From the IMG/VR virus record IMGVR_UViG_2778261203_000005, positions 1 through 8,229 of that record: DNA of 8,229 bases. The stretch is one strand, 5' to 3'. Made by a program: the position numbers and the translations under genes. Below are positions 5,368 to 8,229 of the stretch, piece after piece. The stretch's first letter is position 1; each line of letters opens with the position of its first letter. A model generated the notes under the pieces. It did not search any database. It had not been told where the DNA came from and saw only the letters and a list, made by a program, of their open reading frames with translations. Origin of the DNA: a virus (Duplodnaviria > Heunggongvirae > Uroviricota > Caudoviricetes).

Positions 5368-5995
5368 GGCATTCACCCGCGTGGATGAAACCTTTGAGGC
5401 CATCCGCGACAGCCTGAATCAGCAGGCCATCAATAACATCGCCAGAAAGCTGGCACAGGATTTACGCCGCGCCCAGCAGGCGCGTATCCGGTCACAGAAA
5501 GCGCCGGACGGGACCGCGTGGACACCACGCAGACGCCGCGTAACCCGGATACAGGAACGCATTCGCTTTATCTGGAATAACGAAGCACGCACGCTGAAAA
5601 ACTGGCATCACGACACGGGGAAATACGGGCGAACCATCACCGGGTGGGATGAGGATAAAAACAATATCCGTACGTTTTACCGGGATGACATCGACCGTTT
5701 TCTGGAAATACGCACCCGGCGCATCAACCAGGACAGCACAAAGCGCGTCCCCATGTTCGTAAAACTGCGCACCGCCCGCTACCTGAAAGCCCGTGCAGAT
5801 GCTTCCGGTGTGACGGTGGGTTACAGCGGCGTGGCCGCACGTATTGCACGCGTTCATCAGTTCGGTGAGCGCGATCAGGTTGCGCCGGGCATTTTCACCG
5901 ATTACCCGGTACGTGAGCTGCTGGGTATCAGCCAGGCAGATGAGCGCCTGATTTATAACACGGTGCTGGGCCGGATTGCGGAGGCTGTACGGTGA
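5360..5995 (+). CDS. S: Tail completion / virion morphogenesis protein S (P2 gpS-like), 211 aa
   Basis: The N-terminal region (IARKLAQDLRRAQQARIRSQKAPDGTAWTPRRRR) and C-terminal region (AARIARVHQFGERDQVA....TDYPVRELLGIS) match the gpS family from memory. The ATG at 5360 overlaps the R stop; the ORF-track start is a GTG at 5351. It is about 60 aa longer than I recall for P2 gpS. Confidence 0.85.
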   Translation: MDKAFTRVDETFEAIRDSLNQQAINNIARKLAQDLRRAQQARIRSQKAPDGTAWTPRRRRVTRIQERIRFIWNNEARTLKNWHHDTGKYGRTITGWDEDKNNIRTFYRDDIDRFLEIRTRRINQDSTKRVPMFVKLRTARYLKARADASGVTVGYSGVAARIARVHQFGERDQVAPGIFTDYPVRELLGISQADERLIYNTVLGRIAEAVR

Positions 5996-6573
5996 GCGCA
6001 GAACTCATGCGACTGCTGAGCAATATCATCCGTACCGGGATCATCTCTGAAGTTGATGAGAAGTCCTGGCGCGTGCGCGTTCGCAGCGGCGGACTGGAAA
6101 CAGGCTGGCTGCGCTGGAACACCACGCGCGCGGGAGCCTTCAATGTGTGGCTGCCGCCATCACCCGGCGAACAGGTGGTAATTGCCTGCATTGGCGGCAA
6201 CCCGGAAACCGCCATGATAATTGGCAGCCTGTGGAGTGATGCCAGTCCGGCCCCCGGCAAAAGCCTGAAAGAAATCGTGGTCAGCGCGCCGGACGGCGCG
6301 GTGTTCCGCTACGACGCGGACGCAGGCGCGCTGAGCGCCAGCGGCATGAAAACAGCCAGCCTGCAGGCATCCGTCAGCGTGACACTGGACGCGCCCGTCG
6401 TGGAATGCACAGACCTTCTGAGAACAGCGACGCTTGACGTCACAAAAGGGGGAAAGATGAGCGGCAATATCACGCACAGCGGCGGCGATTTCACCTCAAA
6501 CGGCATCACAGTGCATACGCATAAACACGGTGGCGTGAAAGGCGGCAGTGATTCGACAGGAGGCCCGCAGTGA
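5992..6573 (+). CDS. V: Baseplate assembly protein V (spike), P2 gpV-like, 193 aa
   Basis: Motifs IRTGIISEVD, GWLRW, GEQVVIACIGG, PDGAVFRYD, SGMKTAS, GNITHSGG.TSNGITVHTHKH match P2 gpV from memory. GTG start overlapping the S stop (GTGA), with GGAGG 6 nt upstream. Confidence 0.9.
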   Translation: MSAELMRLLSNIIRTGIISEVDEKSWRVRVRSGGLETGWLRWNTTRAGAFNVWLPPSPGEQVVIACIGGNPETAMIIGSLWSDASPAPGKSLKEIVVSAPDGAVFRYDADAGALSASGMKTASLQASVSVTLDAPVVECTDLLRTATLDVTKGGKMSGNITHSGGDFTSNGITVHTHKHGGVKGGSDSTGGPQ

Positions 6574-6920
6574 CAACCCGCTACACAGGAATGAATCCGG
6601 ACGGGACGGGAAACCTGAACGATACGGAGCACCTGAAACAGTCAGTCAGGGACATCCTGACCACCCCGCTGGCAAGCCGGGTTATGCGACGGGAATATGG
6701 CAGCCTTGTGCCTGATTTGATTGACGAACCCATGAATAACACCACGCGTCTGCAATGCATGAGTGCTGCCGTGATTGCACTGACGCGATGGGAACCCCGC
6801 ATTGCCCTGGACGCTATCGACGTTGTCTGGAAAGCGGGAGGCCGCGCCGGGGTGACGCTGTCGGGTACAGTCATGCAGACCATGCAGAATGTTGAATTAA
6901 CCATCACACTGAGGGAGTAA
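6570..6920 (+). CDS. W: Baseplate wedge protein W (GPW/gp25 family), 116 aa
   Basis: MTTRYTGMN...SRVMRREYGSL...WEPRIAL...VTLSGT matches P2 gpW from memory (MTARYLGMN...SRVMRRDYGSL...WEPRVTL). GTG start overlapping the V stop, with GGAGG 6 nt upstream. Confidence 0.9.
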   Translation: MTTRYTGMNPDGTGNLNDTEHLKQSVRDILTTPLASRVMRREYGSLVPDLIDEPMNNTTRLQCMSAAVIALTRWEPRIALDAIDVVWKAGGRAGVTLSGTVMQTMQNVELTITLRE

Positions 6921-6923
6921 ATC

Positions 6924-7820
6924 ATGCCTGCCGTTGACCTTTCCCAGTTACCAGAACCCGCCATCATCGCGGAGCCTGATTTTGAGGCAATTCTGGCTGA
7001 CACAAAGGCCATGATGATTGCAGCTTATCCCGCCGAACAGCGTGAAGTCGTTTCCGCCGCGCTGGAGCTGGAATCGGAACCCCTGAACGTTATCGCCCAG
7101 ACAACAGCGTTTCGTGAAATGCTGTTACGCCAGCGGGTCAATGAGGGTGCACGCGCCTGCATGTTAAGCCACAGCGCCGGAACAGACCTGGACAACCTCG
7201 CGGGCAATATGAACACAAAGCGCCTGGTTATCACTCCGGCAACGGATACCACCGACGCGGTGATGGAGAGCGACACCTCGCTGAGACTGCGGGCGCAGCG
7301 GGCGTACGACGGCCTGAGTGTTGCTGGCCCGTCAGGTGCATACGAGTATTTTGCCCGCAGCGCCAGCGGTCTGGTGCGTGATGCGCGGGCTATCAGTCCG
7401 TCTCCGGCAAATGTGACGGTTTCCATCCTGTCTACTGAAGGCGACGGCACAGCAACGGAGGCGTTGCTTAATACCGTTCGCGCCGTTCTGAATGCAGAGG
7501 ATACCCGCCCGGTGGCCGACCGCCTGACCGTACAGAGTGCCAGAATCGTGACATGGCGGCTGAATGCAAAACTGTACTTTTACCCCGGCCCGGAATCCGA
7601 ACCTATTCTGGCCGCGGCGGAATCGTCGTTCAGGAAGTGGCTGGCTGAGCAGGGGCTTATCGGTCAGGACGTGGCGTTGTCCGCCATTGCTGCCGCACTG
7701 CATGTACACGGTGTGCAACGCGTGGAGATAATCGAACCCACACAGAATATGGCCATCAGCGACATACAGGCGGCGCGCTGTGAGTCATTTACCATCAGCG
7801 AAGGTGGGCGCAATGAGTAA
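6924..7820 (+). CDS. J: Baseplate assembly protein J, P2 gpJ-like, 298 aa
   Basis: Extensive similarity to P2 gpJ from memory (LESEPL, RQRVNE.ARA.ML, AVMESDT..RLR.Q.A..GLSVAG..GAY.Y..RSA, RPVADRLTVQSA, YPGPESEPI.AAA, LSAI.AALHV.GVQRVE). SD GAGGGAG. Confidence 0.92.
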   Translation: MPAVDLSQLPEPAIIAEPDFEAILADTKAMMIAAYPAEQREVVSAALELESEPLNVIAQTTAFREMLLRQRVNEGARACMLSHSAGTDLDNLAGNMNTKRLVITPATDTTDAVMESDTSLRLRAQRAYDGLSVAGPSGAYEYFARSASGLVRDARAISPSPANVTVSILSTEGDGTATEALLNTVRAVLNAEDTRPVADRLTVQSARIVTWRLNAKLYFYPGPESEPILAAAESSFRKWLAEQGLIGQDVALSAIAAALHVHGVQRVEIIEPTQNMAISDIQAARCESFTISEGGRNE

Positions 7821-8229
7821 TTCACTGTTACCGCCATCAGCCAGCAGTTTCATGCGTTGTGCCGAAGCCGTCGGAACGCGCATTACAGACATTCCGGTAG
7901 ACCTCAACACGCTGTGGTCGCCGGACACATGCCCGGTGCATCTGCTGCCTTATCTCGCCTGGGCATTTTCCGTTGACCGCTGGGACCGCAACTGGCCGGA
8001 GGAAACAAAGCGCCAGGTGATTCGCGATGCGTGGCTGATACACCGACACAAGGGGACCATCAGCGCACTGCGAAGAGCCGTGGAGCCTCTCGGCTACCTG
8101 ATTGAAGTAAAGGAGTGGTGGCAACTCAACGAGGAGCCGGGAACATTTCGCATTGTTGTCGGAGTACTTGATCAGGGCATCCCCATAATGCCAATGGTGC
8201 GTGGATACGCTGGTCAGATGGTGCAATAG
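7813..8229 (+). CDS. I: Baseplate protein I, P2 gpI-like, 138 aa as read (ends exactly at window edge)
   Basis: The core LW.PDTCP..LLP.LAWAFSVDRWD..WPE.TKR.VIRDA..IH.HKGTI.A.RR.VEPLGYLI.V.EWW......PGTFR...GVL matches P2 gpI from memory. The ATG at 7813 overlaps the J stop (ATGAGTAA). The product is shorter than my recollection of P2 gpI (about 176 aa); the stop TAG sits at 8227-8229, the last bases of the window. Confidence 0.85.
   Translation: MSNSLLPPSASSFMRCAEAVGTRITDIPVDLNTLWSPDTCPVHLLPYLAWAFSVDRWDRNWPEETKRQVIRDAWLIHRHKGTISALRRAVEPLGYLIEVKEWWQLNEEPGTFRIVVGVLDQGIPIMPMVRGYAGQMVQ

Noticed and set aside
5928-8226. Several long minus-strand ORFs (5928-6260, 6160-6477, 6309-6632, 6581-7012, 7025-7450, 7332-7718, 7837-8226) antisense to the baseplate genes
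   Set aside because: They lie entirely within GC-rich coding sequence whose plus-strand products have clear P2 baseplate identity. Their translations are Arg/Ala/Cys-rich low-complexity strings typical of shadow ORFs in high-GC DNA, with no SD or recognisable domains.
1-8229. tRNA, rRNA, CRISPR repeats, IS elements and attachment-site core
   Set aside because: No cloverleaf-like structures, regularly spaced repeats or terminal inverted repeats were seen. The att site should lie beyond the integrase 3' end, outside this window.

Overview
This window reads as part of a P2-like (Peduovirus-type) prophage in an enterobacterial-type genome, but with an unusual module arrangement. From the left: a tyrosine integrase (-), a P2 C-type immunity repressor (-), a face-to-face switch region with direct-repeat operator candidates, and cox (+). 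These are followed by a tightly packed run of small early-operon ORFs of unknown function, several of them predicted membrane peptides. A two-gene cassette (67 aa and 71 aa) is closed by a GC-rich hairpin with a T7 run. Directly after it comes a lysis and tail block: a T5-type M15 peptidase endolysin, an overlapping Rz/Rz1-like spanin pair, tail completion proteins R and S, and baseplate proteins V, W, J and I, all linked by overlapping start and stop codons. The replication genes (B/A), terminase and capsid genes (Q, P, O, N, M, L), X and a recognisable holin, which normally lie between cox and the lysis genes in P2, are absent from the window. The left arm (about 1-3580) is visibly AT-richer than the GC-rich right arm, which suggests mosaic origin. 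No tRNA, rRNA, CRISPR array or IS element was seen. All protein assignments rest on my reading of the supplied translations against remembered family features; no database search was run.
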